Positions 49,874 through 63,433 of a stretch of 64,000 nt of DNA are shown here, one piece after another; position 1 is the first letter of the stretch; each line of letters opens with the position of its first letter. The position numbers and the translations under genes were made by a program. The stretch lies in the NCBI RefSeq assembly GCF_036971445.1, contig NC_091473.1, forward strand, positions 205,158,001-205,222,000, read 5' to 3'. The notes under the pieces were generated by a model. The model was not told the DNA's origin. It did no database searches and worked only from the letters and a program-made list of their open reading frames with translations. The stretch comes from Narcine bancroftii (taxonomy: Eukaryota).

Positions 49874-50334
49874 ATGCTGGTTTCGTCCCCATTCAGTTAT
49901 TTGTTGATTCTGTGGGCCGTTCAGCTTGGTGAGCCTCTGACAGATTGGTCAGCGCGTGTCCCTACCGGCTCAGCGCAATTTTTCTCATATCTTGCACTGC
50001 GAGCTTCATTCCAGGAACAAAAGGGGAAATGTAGTAACACACGGAAATGTCTGCGGGACGCCAAGCAGAGTCACTGACACTACTTACCCCACAAGTGTTA
50101 CCTTATATCTTTGGGACGTTAAAATCCCCGTGGATCGTCAAATCTTGGATATAACATCCAGTTCGATGTGGTTCAGACTCACGATCGTCTGGACAGGATG
50201 ACGGTTACATTGGAGAAAAGGGTCCGAATATTACATCTCAATATCTCGAAAGCTCTTGAAGCCGACTTGACCGTGTATATCTGTGCGGTGCGGCTCACGC
50301 TGTTCTTTGGAAATTGCGGTGACGCACAAAACCT
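49874..50334 (+). pseudogene. TCR V pseudogene family F copy 5
   Basis: Paralog; RSS 50296-50334. Confidence 0.82.
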
Positions 50335-50738
50335 GATTCTGAAATCGGATGTGGGTGGAATCAAAACGGGAGGAAGAGGACGGGAGATCATGTTAGTGAT
50401 TGCGAAAGGCCGAGCAGGTGAAAATGTTAGATAGAATGAGCTAGAGGAATAGAATGAAAGAAGCGGAGAGAGGGAGCGAGGGAGGAGATAAAAAGACGGA
50501 AGACACTGGGAATGCACAGATAGAGGGAGAAACCGTGAAAGGAGAGCGCGATGAAGACTGTCTTCTCAACGCGGTCTGATTGGTTCACGCATGAGATCAT
50601 CAACCAATCCTATGTGAAGGAAACGCATTCATTTCTGACCCAGGGTGTTTGTCCGCTCATAACATCGACCGATCCGTATTTCCCTATGTTCAGCTGTAAT
50701 ACAGGGAAATCTTCGCCTTTGACCTTAATCCGCAGATC

Positions 50739-51536
50739 ATGGCTGTTGTGTGTTTTTTGCCGATTCTTTGGGTCGTTTTGACTGGTGAGCATGTCCGATA
50801 TGTTACCATCCCCGGTAGTCCACGTGTTTTTAACTTTAACATTAGTAAAGTTAGATGAGTTCCCCCCAAGAATCAAACTCCTTAGCTCTCTCTCCGTTTA
50901 CTCGTTTACTCGTTCACTGTCTACGTACTGATCTACGTCGCGCGCCCTCTTTCTCTCTCTCTCTCTCTCTCTCTGTCGCTCCTCGCCATTCTAATGAGAG
51001 AGAAACAAGTCCAGTCTCCAAAAGACATTTTTCAGCATCCGACTTGAGTTTGCGACCTTGTGTCGGGCGAGCATTTAGAAAATTTCTTTCTTCCGAATTG
51101 AAGCGGAGCATCATGTTCCTCCTGAAGATTGGGCAGAATCTTAGGGCCGATCTGCCAGCTGAGACAGATTGGTCAACAAGTGTCGCGCGGGTGCAGTACG
51201 GACCAGCGGTGTTCACTCATTCTGCTTTGTTTCAGGGGCCAGTGCGAATGATTCAGTGACACAAAGACCGCCGGAAATGATAGTCGATGAAGGGCAGTTT
51301 GTGGAACTGAACTGTAGTTACTCGATGACAACCTACGCATATTTTTGGTACATTCAACATCCCGGAGAATCTCCAAAATATTTGCTGAAAATCCAACTGT
51401 CAGGAGACGTGTTTCCTTCTCGCGATTGTCCTGAGAGGATATCGGGTTCCTTAGAGAAAACGAGCCAGTGATTCCACCTTAATATCTCACAAATCCGCGT
51501 GGATGATTCCGCTGTGTATCTCTGCGCCGTGGAGCT
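50739..51536 (+). pseudogene. TRAV: TCR V family A copy 5, nonsense mutation
   Basis: Leader 50739-50784; V exon 51236-51536 with AGA>TGA stop at 51469-51471; RSS 51537-51574 intact. Confidence 0.9.
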
Positions 51537-52852
51537 CACGCTGTTCCAGGGCGGCGGGGATCTGCACAAAAACTCACCTCGAGAATTGTCATCACCCGCG
51601 GCGGCTTGGGGGCGCTCTCGGTCCCCAGAAGCCAGTTCTGTCAGTCAGATTAATAGAAGGGTGAAGTCAACGCCGAGGTGCTGGAGATTTTCCCTCATCT
51701 TGCGTTTCTTTTTCTCTGCATCCGTTTCGTTTCTTTGAGGTTGAAGGTAGGATGACAGCGAGGGAGAAAAAGTGAACAGCTGTTTCCCAGAATATAGTGG
51801 GAAAAGGGAAGTTATGTTTTTGTGATGGAAATTGAGAAGTTGATAAAGGCGGCGCGGGTAGGGCAAGAGCGTGGCCCCACATTCATGAGTGCATATGGCA
51901 TAGAGTAGGGGACAAAGAAGGCATTGATGCGTGTTTCTGATCACCGTAGAGGAGGTGATGTTGCCGATGAGCTCTGTTGGGGGCTTCCAATGAGGATGTC
52001 ACAGATCCAGTAACAGATGGCTGGACAAAGTACCGGATCCTTTAGATTGGCCATCCCCTTTGCAACTGTGTGGGCGTTGAACGCCGGGCATTAGTCCTTG
52101 AACAGCAAACCCACCATGGTATTTCAGCGGTATAGGTGATTTAATAAAGAGTGGACCGTCAACGGTAGGGGTGGGGGTGGGGGGCGGTCGTCACTTGTGG
52201 CGACGGGCGATGGGCGAATTGAAGTGTGTCCAGTTCCTTCAAGTGATAGGTGTTAATGCGCTCGATTACCAAACGGCGAAAACATTTCCTCCAAGTCGGT
52301 TAACTTGCTCCTGATGGGCAACAGGAGAGAGCAACGTGGAAGCAAAATGTCATAGAAATGCTGGAGCAACACAGCCGGTGCTGCAGATCCCAAAAGGAGG
52401 GAAAGATACCTCACCGATATTTCGGGTCTGAGCCCTACTTCAATGAATAAGAAAATCTCCTGAATGTGTTAAAATTAAGACTGCAGACTGACCTGGTTTG
52501 TTGGGGGGGGGGGGGGGGTGGAGAGGGGCAGTTCAAAGCGACAGTTGATAATTGGCTATGGAAGGTAAAGAGATGAGAATTGATTTTGTTTCTGTCAACG
52601 GGGACAGAGGGAAACTCACATAGACCGAGACACNNNNNNNNNNNNNNNNNNNNNNNNNNNNNNNNNNNNNNNNNNNNNNNNNNNNNNNNNNNNNNNNNNN
52701 NNNNNNNNNNNNNNNNNNNNNNNNNNNNNNNNNNNNNNNNNNNNNNNNNNNNNNNNNNNNNNNNNNNNNNNNNNNNNNNNNNNNNNNNNNNNNNNNNGGG
52801 AGAGAGAGGGCCGCGGGGAAATGCAAAAGTGGGAAGAATTAATTGTTTATCC

Positions 52853-53210
52853 TGACTTCCCCCCCTTTCAGTTGTTTGCTGATTTTGTGGACCGATCCAC
52901 TTGGCGAACCTCTGACTGATTGGGTAGCTTGCGTCCCTCCCGGTTCAGCGCAATTTCTCGCATATTACATTCATTGCGTGTTTCGTTCAGACACAAATTG
53001 AAATATCGTGGCCCATATATTAAATGCTTAAAAATTATAACCGAGACGACGTGGTTCTGCCTCACGTTTGACTGGACAGGATGACGTTAGAGAAAAGGGG
53101 CCGGATATTTCACCTCAATACGTCGAAAACGTTTGTAGCGGACTTGATGGTTTATCTCAGGGCGTTGTGGCTCACGCTGTTCTTTGGAAATAGCTGGACG
53201 CACAAATCGT
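52853..53210 (+). pseudogene. TCR V relic family B copy 6
   Basis: Paralog of 3030-3386. Confidence 0.7.
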
Positions 53211-53589
53211 ATGTGGTTTGAAATGAAACGTGAGAAAGAGGATGCTAGAGCACGTTAGGGATTGCTTAATGTTGAACAGGTGAAAATGTGAGACAGAGTG
53301 AGCGTCAAGAATAGAACGAAAGAAGGAGAAAGGGGGCGAGGGAGGAGATTAAAAAAAGGGTAGATGCGGGGAGTGAACAGGTAGAGGGTTCGTGAAGCGA
53401 GGGGAACGCGATGCAAACTGTCTTCACTAACGCGTTCTTATTGGTTGGATAATGACCACACCAACCAATCCTGTATGATGGAAACACTCTCATATCTGTC
53501 CCAAGTGTTAGACCGCTCATAACATCGCCCCACCAATTGTACTGCGGTAACATAAGGAAACCTTCGTTGATGATCTTAATCCACATACC

Positions 53590-54417
53590 ATGTTCTTCGT
53601 GAATGGTTTGGTGATTCTTTGGGCCGTTCTGACTAGTGAGCCTGTCTGACTGGTCAGCGACTTCTGCCCATTGTCCTCTCTCTACAAATCTCTAGCTTTA
53701 ACGTAATTAAAGACGGACAATTTCCCCAACTTCCTTTGCTCTTCCTTGCACGTTCTTCCTCCGCTTACTCATTTACACACTCTCTGTGTTTACTGAACTT
53801 CCTCGCGGTTTCACTGTCGCTCTCGTCCCCTCCTCTCTCGCTCTTCGCCATTTTCGTACGAGGGAAACGGGGACACATACAGAGTTTCTGCTGCTCCCGA
53901 CGTGGGTACGCAACCTGATATGGTCGAGGATTTGTAAAATATCCTACCTCCGAATTTAGACCGGGCATCATGTTCCTACTGATTTGTTGGCTGATTATAT
54001 GCACCGTTCCGCCTGTTGAGACTAATTGGTCAACTAGTGCTGCGCGGGTTCAGTGCCATCCAGCGGCGTTAACACATTTTATTTTGTTCCAGGGGCGAGG
54101 GCAAAGGATTCGGTGACCCAAAGCCCGCCGCAAATGTTAGTGGATAAAGGGCATATCATATCAATGAGATGTAGTTACTTGATTAGCCCCGACACTAATT
54201 TTTGGTACATTCAATATCCCGGAGAATGTCCAAAATATTTGGCGAAAATCTACACGTCCCGAATCGTGGTTCAGACTCACGATTCTCCTGAGAAAATAAC
54301 GCGTTATTTGGTGAAAAAGGTAATGAAATCCACCTCAACATCTCTGAAAGCCTTGTGGAGGAATCCGTCGTGTATCTCACGCAGCTGCAGATGGGCTGGC
54401 AGATCCACACAAAAAAC
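53590..54417 (+). pseudogene. TCR V pseudogene family C copy 6
   Basis: FR3 1-bp deletion; second Cys lost. Confidence 0.88.
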
Positions 54418-55325
54418 CGAACCTCATGGAATTTAATCGGACACTGTGGCTCAGGGGCGCACCCGTCAACGGAATGGAAGCGACAGCGCGATCTACCTGA
54501 AGGGCCTGCTAAAACGCGGAGTTGCAGGAGATTTGCCATTCTCTGAGCGTTTCTCTTTCTCTTAGTGCTCTTGGTCTGAATTGGAGGTTGGAAGTCAGGG
54601 GAGAGGGTGAAACAGATAGGTATTTGTCAGTATATTGTAGGAAAATGAAGCAATGTTCTTTAGATGGAAGGTGAGAAGTTTAAAAAAATCTTAGCCACGC
54701 GGGTCGGTGGGACTAGCGATCCCTCAAACCTGTTATTGCTAAAATGAACAACTAGCTCCTTGGTCTTGATGATATTAAAAACATAATTGTCGTTCTCGAA
54801 CCAGCCAAACTGGTTCTCGATCACTATCCCTCATTCGGACTCATCGTTTCCATTTATTTGGGCAGCCCTGGTGGCGCCTTCAGCTAATTTGTAGATTGAG
54901 TTTGGGGTGAACTTGGCTGAACATCCATGAGTGAACATGGCTAAGGTTGAAGGGAGGGAGAGATTGGCACTGCTCTCGAAAGATTAACTAAGTGGAAGAC
55001 GGAGTCGCCTCAAGGAAGGAAGTGAAAGAGAACAGGAGAAGCGGCGAGAGGGTGCAGGAAAACATGTGAAGATGAAGGAAAGGGATGAGCAAGAGTGAAG
55101 AAGAGAGAGACGTCTGGTGTGTAAATATAGACAAGTAACACGTGGGAAAAAGAGTGAGAATGAGAACGGCCAAGATTAGTAACCAGATTTCATTGGTTCT
55201 ATCACTATTGTGACGATGTGCGAGGAATGCGCCCTCCTGTGCCTCCTAGATGATGGGCCGCTACTGACGCGATCCCACAGTCACATATCGGGCGAAGACG
55301 TTGAAAGATGCTTCTGTTCATATTC

Positions 55326-55784
55326 ATCCTGGATTCCTTCCCATTCAGTGTTTTTCTGATTCTGTGGGCCGTTCTGCTTGGAGAACCTCTGTCTAATTTG
55401 TCAGCGCGTGTCCCTCCCGGCTCAGACTATTTCCTCGCAGATCTGCACTGCTTGCTTCTTTCCGAAACAAATGGGGAAATGCTGTGACACACGGACATGG
55501 CCGCGGTAAGACAAGAAGTGGCACTGACACTAGTAACCCGAGAGGTGTAACCTTATTTTTTGGAGACGTTACAATTCCCGTGGACCGTGAGATCTTGGAT
55601 ATAACATACTATTCAATGCGTTTCGGTCTCACGATCGTCCGGACAGGATGACGGTTCCTTTGGAGAAAAGGGCCTGGATATTCCACCTCAATGTTTCGAA
55701 AGCTGTTGAAGCGGAATTGGCCGTGTATCTCTGCGCGGTGCCGCTCACACTGTTCTTTGGAAATTGCGGAAATGCACAAAAGCT
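55326..55784 (+). pseudogene. TCR V pseudogene family D copy 6
   Basis: Paralog; RSS 55746-55784. Confidence 0.8.
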
Positions 55785-55852
55785 GATTCTGAAATCGGAT
55801 GTGGGTAGAAACAAAACCGGAGACAGAGGACGCGAGACTCAGAGTGAGGCAG

Positions 55853-58120
55853 TCATATGGCAACTCGATCACACTCCCGCCACTCTCTCAGTGGAGGTTC
55901 CCCCTCAACCTTTCCCTTTCACCATAAAGCGGTGTCCTCTTGTAGTTATCTCTCCAAATCTAAGTTGAAAGAGCCTACTCAATTTTACAGTGTCTACATC
56001 TCTCTTAAATTAGTAAATCTCAATCAAGCATCCCCTTATTCCTCTACGCTACAAGTCCTAACCTGTGTAATCTTTCCCTGTAATTCAACTCCTGAATACT
56101 CGAAACATCGTAGCAAATCTCTCTGCACTCTTTCAATCTTAAATATACCCTTCGTATAGTTTGGCGACCAGAAGAGCACACAGAACTCCTAATGTTCTCA
56201 TATTTTCTTTCTTTTTCAATCTTTTTATTATTATTATAATTTATAAACACATACAGTTCAAAGAGATATAAAAATACATAGTAAGTAATGAATTAATACA
56301 GAGATATTAAACAATAATATTTCAGAATAAAAATATATCATAAATTTTTTTTTACATCAGTTTAAGGTGTGAACTATCTCTAAAAAAAGATATAATTAAT
56401 AACAATATATTTAAAAAGGAGAAAAAAATACCCCAAAAAAGAAGAAAAAACAAATCTGAATTAAAAAAACTTTAAAAAAAACTTAAAAAAAACCTACAGA
56501 TATAGATAAACCACGCTGATCACTCCGATCTCAACTTACAGCCCAATTATCATACATAATCATAGAAAGAAAACAGAGCCAGATCAACTCACCACAAATG
56601 AAAATATTGAATAAATGGTCGCCAGGTTAACTCAAACTTAGAAGGGGATTCATAGACAGAGTTTCTAATTTTCTCTAAATTTAAACATAGTATAGTTTGG
56701 GTAAACCATTGGAAAACAGTGGGAGGATTAACCTCTTTCCAATTCAATAGTATAGATCTTCTAGCCATTAGTGTAAGAAAAGCAATCATACGATCCGCAG
56801 GAAGAGATAAATAAGTCAAATCTATCATAGGTGCAAAACATTCACTAATAGAGTTTAAAGTTGTTCATAGAGCTCATATGTCTAAAGATAAGCTCCATCG
56901 CTTTTATTCTCATATCGATCCTATATGTGATAAATGTCAATTGGAAATAGCTTCCCTTACACATATGTTTTGGTCCTGTCCCTCTTTACAGAATTATTGG
57001 AAGGAAATTTTTTCCATTATATCTACTGTTTTGAATATTGATTTACAACCACATCCCATTGCTGCAATTTTTGGATTACCTATGATAGATTTGACTTATT
57101 TATCTCATATTTTCTATACTCTTCTCGTAGCTAATTGCTATTTGTTCCCTATACACACTTTACACCTTCTTCACCAGATCGCAAATGTCCTCGAAAACCA
57201 AGGTTCCCTCTGCCTGTTATCTGTGCCTTTAATCGTGACAGGAACGGGCAAAATCTGCTCTCTCAAAATGTCGCATTTGAAGACCTTCCTCTGACTGAAC
57301 ACATATTTGCCATTAAACAGATTATTCCAGTCCACTCTTCCTCGATCCTTTCTCATTTCCATAAATTGGCCTCTCACCAATTTATAATATTAACTCGACG
57401 GTTAGACCTGTCCATATGCATAAGTAAATTGAAAATAAGGACATAAAGTATTGCATCAGCTCTCGTTGGCACCTATATATATTGATTAAGAAATCTTTCC
57501 TGAACACATTTGACAAACGTTAAGCCACCCAGCCCTTTTACCACATGGGGGTCCAGTCAATATATGGAAAATTAAAATCACCTACTATCCCAACTTTCTG
57601 TTTCTTACATCGGTCTGCTTACTCTTTTCATATTTGCACCGTCAATTCTCTTGGACTATTGTACGGTCTATAACACAACCCTTTCAGTGTGGCCGCATCA
57701 TACCCGTTGGTGAACTACATCCATATGGCCTCTGAGGACGAGTCCTGTCCTGTCTAATCTCACTCCTCCCCCTTTCACCCTCCAACATCATGTCTGAAAG
57801 AGAGAATCTAGTCCTACTGCTCCTGCAACCACGTCTCACTAAAGGCAATAACGTCGTGATTCCACGCCTGAAAACCGCCCGCCTTTGTGGCAATACTCGT
57901 TGCATTAAAATAAATAGAACATTTCTATCGTGTGCAAACCTTTGATTTCTGTCTATACACGCAGTCCTCACATGATATTTATCCACGTCCACCTCACTAT
58001 CAGCTCTCACAGTCTGGTTTTCCTCCACCTACAAATCAAATTTAACCCTCCGGAACAGCATCAGCAAACCTGCCTGCAAGGATATAGGTCCCCTTCCAGT
58101 TCGGACACAAACCCCCCGTC
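55853..58120 (-). mobile_element. Degenerate CR1 LINE copy with nested L1 fragment
   Basis: Paralog. Confidence 0.78.
56209..57102 (-). mobile_element. Twin-primed L1 fragment, segmental copy
   Basis: Same structure; TSD 56196-56208 and 57103-57115. Confidence 0.9.
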
Positions 58121-58323
58121 GGATATATTTGCTGGAAAATCCGCAGCTCAGGGGTAGAGGGTCTGTCTCACTATTGGACGGACAGGATGAAGGGTTCCTT
58201 GGAGAAAAGGGGTCGGATATTCTAAGTCATTATCTCCGGAGATCTTGAAGCAGACTTGGCCGTTTGTCTCTGTTCGGTGCGATTCACACGCTTCCTGGGA
58301 TATTGCGGAGGTACACAGGCTCA
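58121..58323 (+). pseudogene. TCR V relic family G copy 5 (empty L1 target site)
   Basis: Contains a single ATCTCCGGAGATCTT. Confidence 0.7.
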
Positions 58324-58735
58324 TTCTGAGATGGGATGTGGTTAGAGAGAAAAGGGGAGAAAGAAGTGAATAAGCGTGCTGAGATTGAGAAAGGTTAAGC
58401 AGGTGAAAGAGTGAGACAGAGTGAGGTAGAACTGTAGAAAGAATGAAGGGGTGAGACGGAGGAGTGAGGGAAAGCGAGGGAGGAGATACAAAGAGGGAAG
58501 GAGAAAGACGCGGGAAGTGGACATAGAGGGAGAAACTGAGCGAAGGACGGGGAACGAGATGGGGATTGTCTTATCAACTCAGTCTGGTTGGATCAATTAT
58601 GGCCACACGAACCAATCCTGTGTGAGGTAAACACTCTCATATCTGGCCCAAGCGTCATTTCGCTTATAACATCGCCCCACCCTGGTACAGCGGTAACACA
58701 GGGAAATCTTCGCTTTAGACCTTAATCCGTGTACC

Positions 58736-59370
58736 ATGTCCCTCCTGAGTTGTTTGCTGATTCTGTGGGCCTTTCTGACTGGTGAGACTGTCTGATTGGT
58801 CAGCGACGTCTATCCATCGTCTTTTCTCTTTGTATCTCCAGCTTTAACCTCATGAAAATTGACAATTCCCCAAAATGTTGCTTCCGACTTGGAATCGCGC
58901 TTTTATATAATCGAGCATTTGTAAAATATTCTTCCTCCGATTTGAGTCCGGGCATCATTTTCCTACTGTGCTGTTGGCTGATTCTTTGCACCGTTCTGCC
59001 TGGTGAGAGTGATTGGTCAACAAGTGTCCAGTGGGATCAGCGCGATTAACACCTTCTGTTTTGTTCCAGGGGCGAGTGGGAACGACTCAGTTAGTCAAGA
59101 CCCCACGGAATTGGTGGTCTATGAAGGGCAGATCGTATCACTGTGCTGCAGTTACTCGAAGAGCCTGACGGCATATATTTGGTACATTCATCATCCTGGA
59201 AAATCTCCCAAATATCTGCTGAAAATCTACGCGTCAGGAGAGGCGTTTCCGTCTCCAGATTGTCCGGAGAGGATATCGGGTATATTGGAGAAAAAGAGTC
59301 AGAAATCCCACCTTAACATCTCTAAAAGCCTTGTAGAAGATTCCGCCGTGTATCTCTGCGCAGTGAAGCA
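58736..59370 (+). CDS. TRAV: TCR alpha/delta V gene segment, family E copy 4 (open; extra Cys beside first Cys)
   Basis: Leader 58736-58781; V exon 59070-59370 (SLCCSYS); RSS 59371-59409 with heptamer CACGGTG. Confidence 0.88.
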
Positions 59371-60012
59371 CACGGTGTTCCTGAGCAGTGGCAGATCCGT
59401 ACAAAAAACGTAGCACACGAAATTTAATCGGACGCAGTGGGTCGGGGGCGCCTTCGATCACGGAATGGAAGCGGCAGCGCGACCTTCTTGGAGAGTCTGC
59501 AGGAACGTGGAGTGTGTTGAGATCTGCCCTCCTCTGATCGTTTCTCTCTCTCTGCGTGCTCTGAGGTGAGAGGTTGGAAGTCTTGAAGAAATAGACAGCT
59601 ATTTGCTGGAATATTGTACTTAAACGATCGATTGTTGTTTAGATAGATGGGAGGGAGAGGTTATCACTACTCTCGAAAGGTTAAATAAGTGTAAGAGGGA
59701 GTCGAGTCGAAACAGAACGGGAGAAGCGGCGAGGGGGACCAGGAAAACAAGAGGAGGTGATGGAAAGGGATGAGCGAGAGTGAAGAAGATAAAGACGTGG
59801 GGAGTGTAAATGTAGACAGCGAAACACGAGAGAATATGACTGAATATGAGAACAGCCAACATTAATAACTAGATTCCATTGGTCCAGTAACTGCGCCCTA
59901 TTGAGCCGATGTGCGAGGAGGGCGCCCTCCCGTGTATCCTAGAGGATGGGCCGCCACTGACGCGACCACCCAGTCTTCGACTAAAATGTTGAAATATTCG
60001 CTGTTTATCTTC

Positions 60013-60473
60013 ATGCTGGTTTCGTCCCCATTCAGTTATTTGTTGATTCTGTGGGCCGTTCAGCTTGGTGAGCCTCTGACAGATTGGTCAGCGCGTGTCC
60101 CTACCGGCTCAGCGCAATTCTTCTCATATCTTGCACTGCGAGCTTCATTCCAGGAACAAAAGGGGGAATGTAGTAACACACGGAAATGTCTGCGGGACGT
60201 CAAGCAGAGTCACTGACACTACTTACCCCACAAGTGTTACCTTATATCTTTGGGACGTTAAAATCCCCGTGGATCGTCAAATCTTGGATATAACATCCAG
60301 TTCGATGTGGTTCAGACTCATGATCGTCTGGACAGGATGACGGTTACATTGGAGAAAAGGGTCCGGATATTACATCTCAATATCTCGAAAGCTCTTGAAG
60401 CCGACTTGACCGTGTATATCTGTGCGGTGCGGCTCACGCTGTTCTTTGGAAATTGCGGTGACGCACAAAACCT
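60013..60473 (+). pseudogene. TCR V pseudogene family F copy 6
   Basis: Paralog; RSS 60435-60473. Confidence 0.82.
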
Positions 60474-60877
60474 GATTCTGAAATCGGATGTGGGTGGAAT
60501 CAAAACGGGAGGAAGAGGACGGGAGATCATGTTAGTGATTGCGAAAGGCCGAGCAGGTGAAAATGTTAGATAGAATGAGCTAGAGGAATAGAATGAAAGA
60601 AGCGGAGAGAGGGAGCGAGGGAGGAGATAAAAAGACGGAAGACACTGGGACTGCACAGATAGAGGGAGAAACCGTGAAAGGAGAGCTCGATGAAGACTGT
60701 CTTCTCAACGCGGTCTGATTGGTTCACGAATGAGATCATCAACCAATCCTAGGTGAAGGAAACGCATTCATTTCTGACCCAGGGTGTTTGTCCGCTCATA
60801 ACATCGACCGATCCGTATTTCCCTATGTTCAGATGTAATACGGGGAAATCTTCGCCTTTGACCTTAATCCGCAGATC

Positions 60878-61086
60878 ATGGCTGTTGTGTGTTTTTTGCC
60901 GATTCTTTGGGTCTTTTTGACTGGTGAGCATGTCCGATATGTTACCATCCCCGGTAGTCCACGTGTTTTTAACTTTAACATTAGTAAAGTTAGATGAGTT
61001 CCCCCCAAGAATCAAACTCCTTAGCTCTCCCTGCGTTTACTCGTTTACTCGTTCACTGTCTACGTACTGATCTACGTCGCGCGCCC

Positions 61087-61142
<56 letters not shown>

Positions 61143-61696
61143 CTCGCCATTCTAATGAGAGAGAAACAAGTCCAGTCTCCAAAAGACATTTTTCAGCATC
61201 CGACTTGAGTTTGCGACCTTGTGTCGGGCGAGCATTTAGGCAATTTCTTTCTTCCGAATTGAAGCGGAGCATCATGTTCCTCCTGAAGATTGGGCAGAAT
61301 CTTAGGGCCGATCTGCCAGCTGAGACAGATTGGTCAACAAGTGTCGCGCGGGTGTAGTACGTTCCAGTGGTGTTCACTCATTCTGCTTTGTTCCAGGGGC
61401 CAGTGCGAATGATTCAGTGACACAAAGACCGCCGGAAATGATAGTCGATGAAGGGCAGTTTGTGGAACTGAACTGTAGTTACTCGAAGACAACCTACGCT
61501 TTTTTTTGGTACATTCAACATCCCGGAGAATCTCCAAAATATTTGCTGAAAATCCAACGGTCAGGAGACGTGTTTCCTTCTCGCGATTGTCCTGAGAGGA
61601 TATCGGGTTCCTTAGAGAAAACGAGCCAGAGATTCCACCTTAATATCTCACAAATCCGCGTGGATGATTCCGCCGTGTATCTCTGCGCGTGGAGCT
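60878..61696 (+). CDS. TRAV: TCR alpha/delta V gene segment, family A copy 6 (1-bp deletion after second Cys; possibly still usable)
   Basis: Leader 60878-60923; V exon 61397-61696 ends YLCAWS instead of YLCAVEL; RSS 61697-61734 intact. Confidence 0.8.
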
Positions 61697-63075
61697 CACG
61701 CTGTTCCAGGGCGGCGGGGATCTGCACAAAAACTCACCTCGAGAATTGTCATCACGCGCGGTGGCTTGGGGGCGCTCTCGGTCCCCAGAAGCCAGTTCTG
61801 TCAGTCAGATTAATAGAAGGGTGAAGTCAACGCCGAGGTGCTGGAGATTTTCCCTCATCTTGCGTTTCTTTTTCTCTGCATCCGTTTCGTTTCTTTGAGG
61901 TTGAAGGTAGGATGACAGCGAGGGAGAAAAAGTGAACAGCTGTTTCCCAGAATATAGTGGGAAAATGGAAGTTATGTTTTTGTGATGGAAATTGAGAAGT
62001 TGATAATGGCGGCGCGGGTAGGGCAAGAGCGTGGCCACACATTCATGAGTGCATATGGCATAGAGTAGGGGACAAAGCAGGCATTGATGCGTGGTTCTGA
62101 TCATCGTAGAGGAGGTGATGTTGCCGATGAGCACTGTTGGGGGCTTCCAATGAGGATGTCACAGATCCAGTAACAGATGGCTGGACAAAGTACCGGATCC
62201 TTTAGATTGGTCTTCCGCTTTGCAACTGTGTGGGCGTTGAACGCCGGGCATTAGTCCTTGAACAGCAAACCCACCATGGTATTTCAGCGGTATAGGTGAT
62301 TTAATAAAGAGTGGACCGTCAACGGTAGCGGTGGGGGTGGGGGTCGGTCGTCACTTGTGGCGACGGGCGATGGGCGAATTGAAGTGTGTCCAGTTCCTTC
62401 AAGTGATAGGTGTTAATGCGCTCGATAACCAAACGGCGAAAACATTTCCTCCAAGTCCGTTAACTTGCTCCTGATGGGCAACAGGAGAGAGCAACGTGGA
62501 AGCAAAATCTCATAGAAATGCTGGAGCAACACAGCCGGTGCTGCAGAACCCAAAAGGAGGGAAAGATACCTCACCGATATTTCGGGTCTGAGTCCTTCTT
62601 CAATGAATAAGAAAATCTCCTGAATGTGTTAAAATTAAGACTGCAGACTGACCGGTTTTGTTGGGGGGGTGGGGGGGGGGGTGGTGAGGGAGAGGGGCAG
62701 TTCAAAGCGACAGTTGATAATTGGCTATGGAAGGTAAAGAGATGAGAATTGATTTTGTTTCTGTCAACGGGGACAGAGGGAAACTCACATAGACCGAGAC
62801 ACAGAATGNNNNNNNNNNNNNNNNNNNNNNNNNNNNNNNNNNNNNNNNNNNNNNNNNNNNNNNNNNNNNNNNNNNNNNNNNNNNNNNNNNNNNNNNNNNN
62901 NNNNNNNNNNNNNNNNNNNNNNNNNNNNNNNNNNNNNNNNNNNNNNNNNNNNNNNNNNNNNNNNNNNNNNNNNNNNNNNNNNNNNNNNNNNNNNNNNNNN
63001 NNNNNNNNNNNNNNNNNNNNGGGAGAGAGAGGGCCGCGGGGAAATGCAAAAGTGGGAAGAATTAATTGTTTATCC

Positions 63076-63433
63076 TGACTTCTCCCCCTTTCAGTTGTTT
63101 GCTGATTTTGTGGACCGATCCACTTGGCGAACCTCTGACTGATTGGGTAGCTTGCGTCCCTCCCGGTTCAGCGCAATTTCTCGCATATTACATTCATTGC
63201 GTGTTTCGTTCAGACACAAATTGAAATATCGTGGCCCATATATTAAATGCTTAAAAATTATAACCGAGACGACGTGGTTCTGCCTCACGTTTGACTGGAC
63301 AGGATGACGTTAGAGAAAAGGGGCTGGATATTTCACCTCAATACGTCGAAAACGTTTGTAGCGGACTTGATGGTTTATCTCAGGGCGGTGTGGCTCACGC
63401 TGTTCTTTGGAAATAGCTGGACGCACAAATCGT
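63076..63433 (+). pseudogene. TCR V relic family B copy 7
   Basis: Paralog of 3030-3386. Confidence 0.7.

Noticed and set aside
29400-60500. Array as a pure assembly artefact
   Set aside because: Units differ by many private SNPs, indels, microsatellite lengths and TE insertions, although exact copy number still needs read-depth confirmation.
837-61734. NAR-TCR, IgNAR or IgH-type clusters, or germline-joined V(D)J genes
   Set aside because: Leaders are present, CDR2 is not deleted, each V ends in an unrearranged RSS, and I saw no 12-RSS D/J segments, FGxG motif or C exons.
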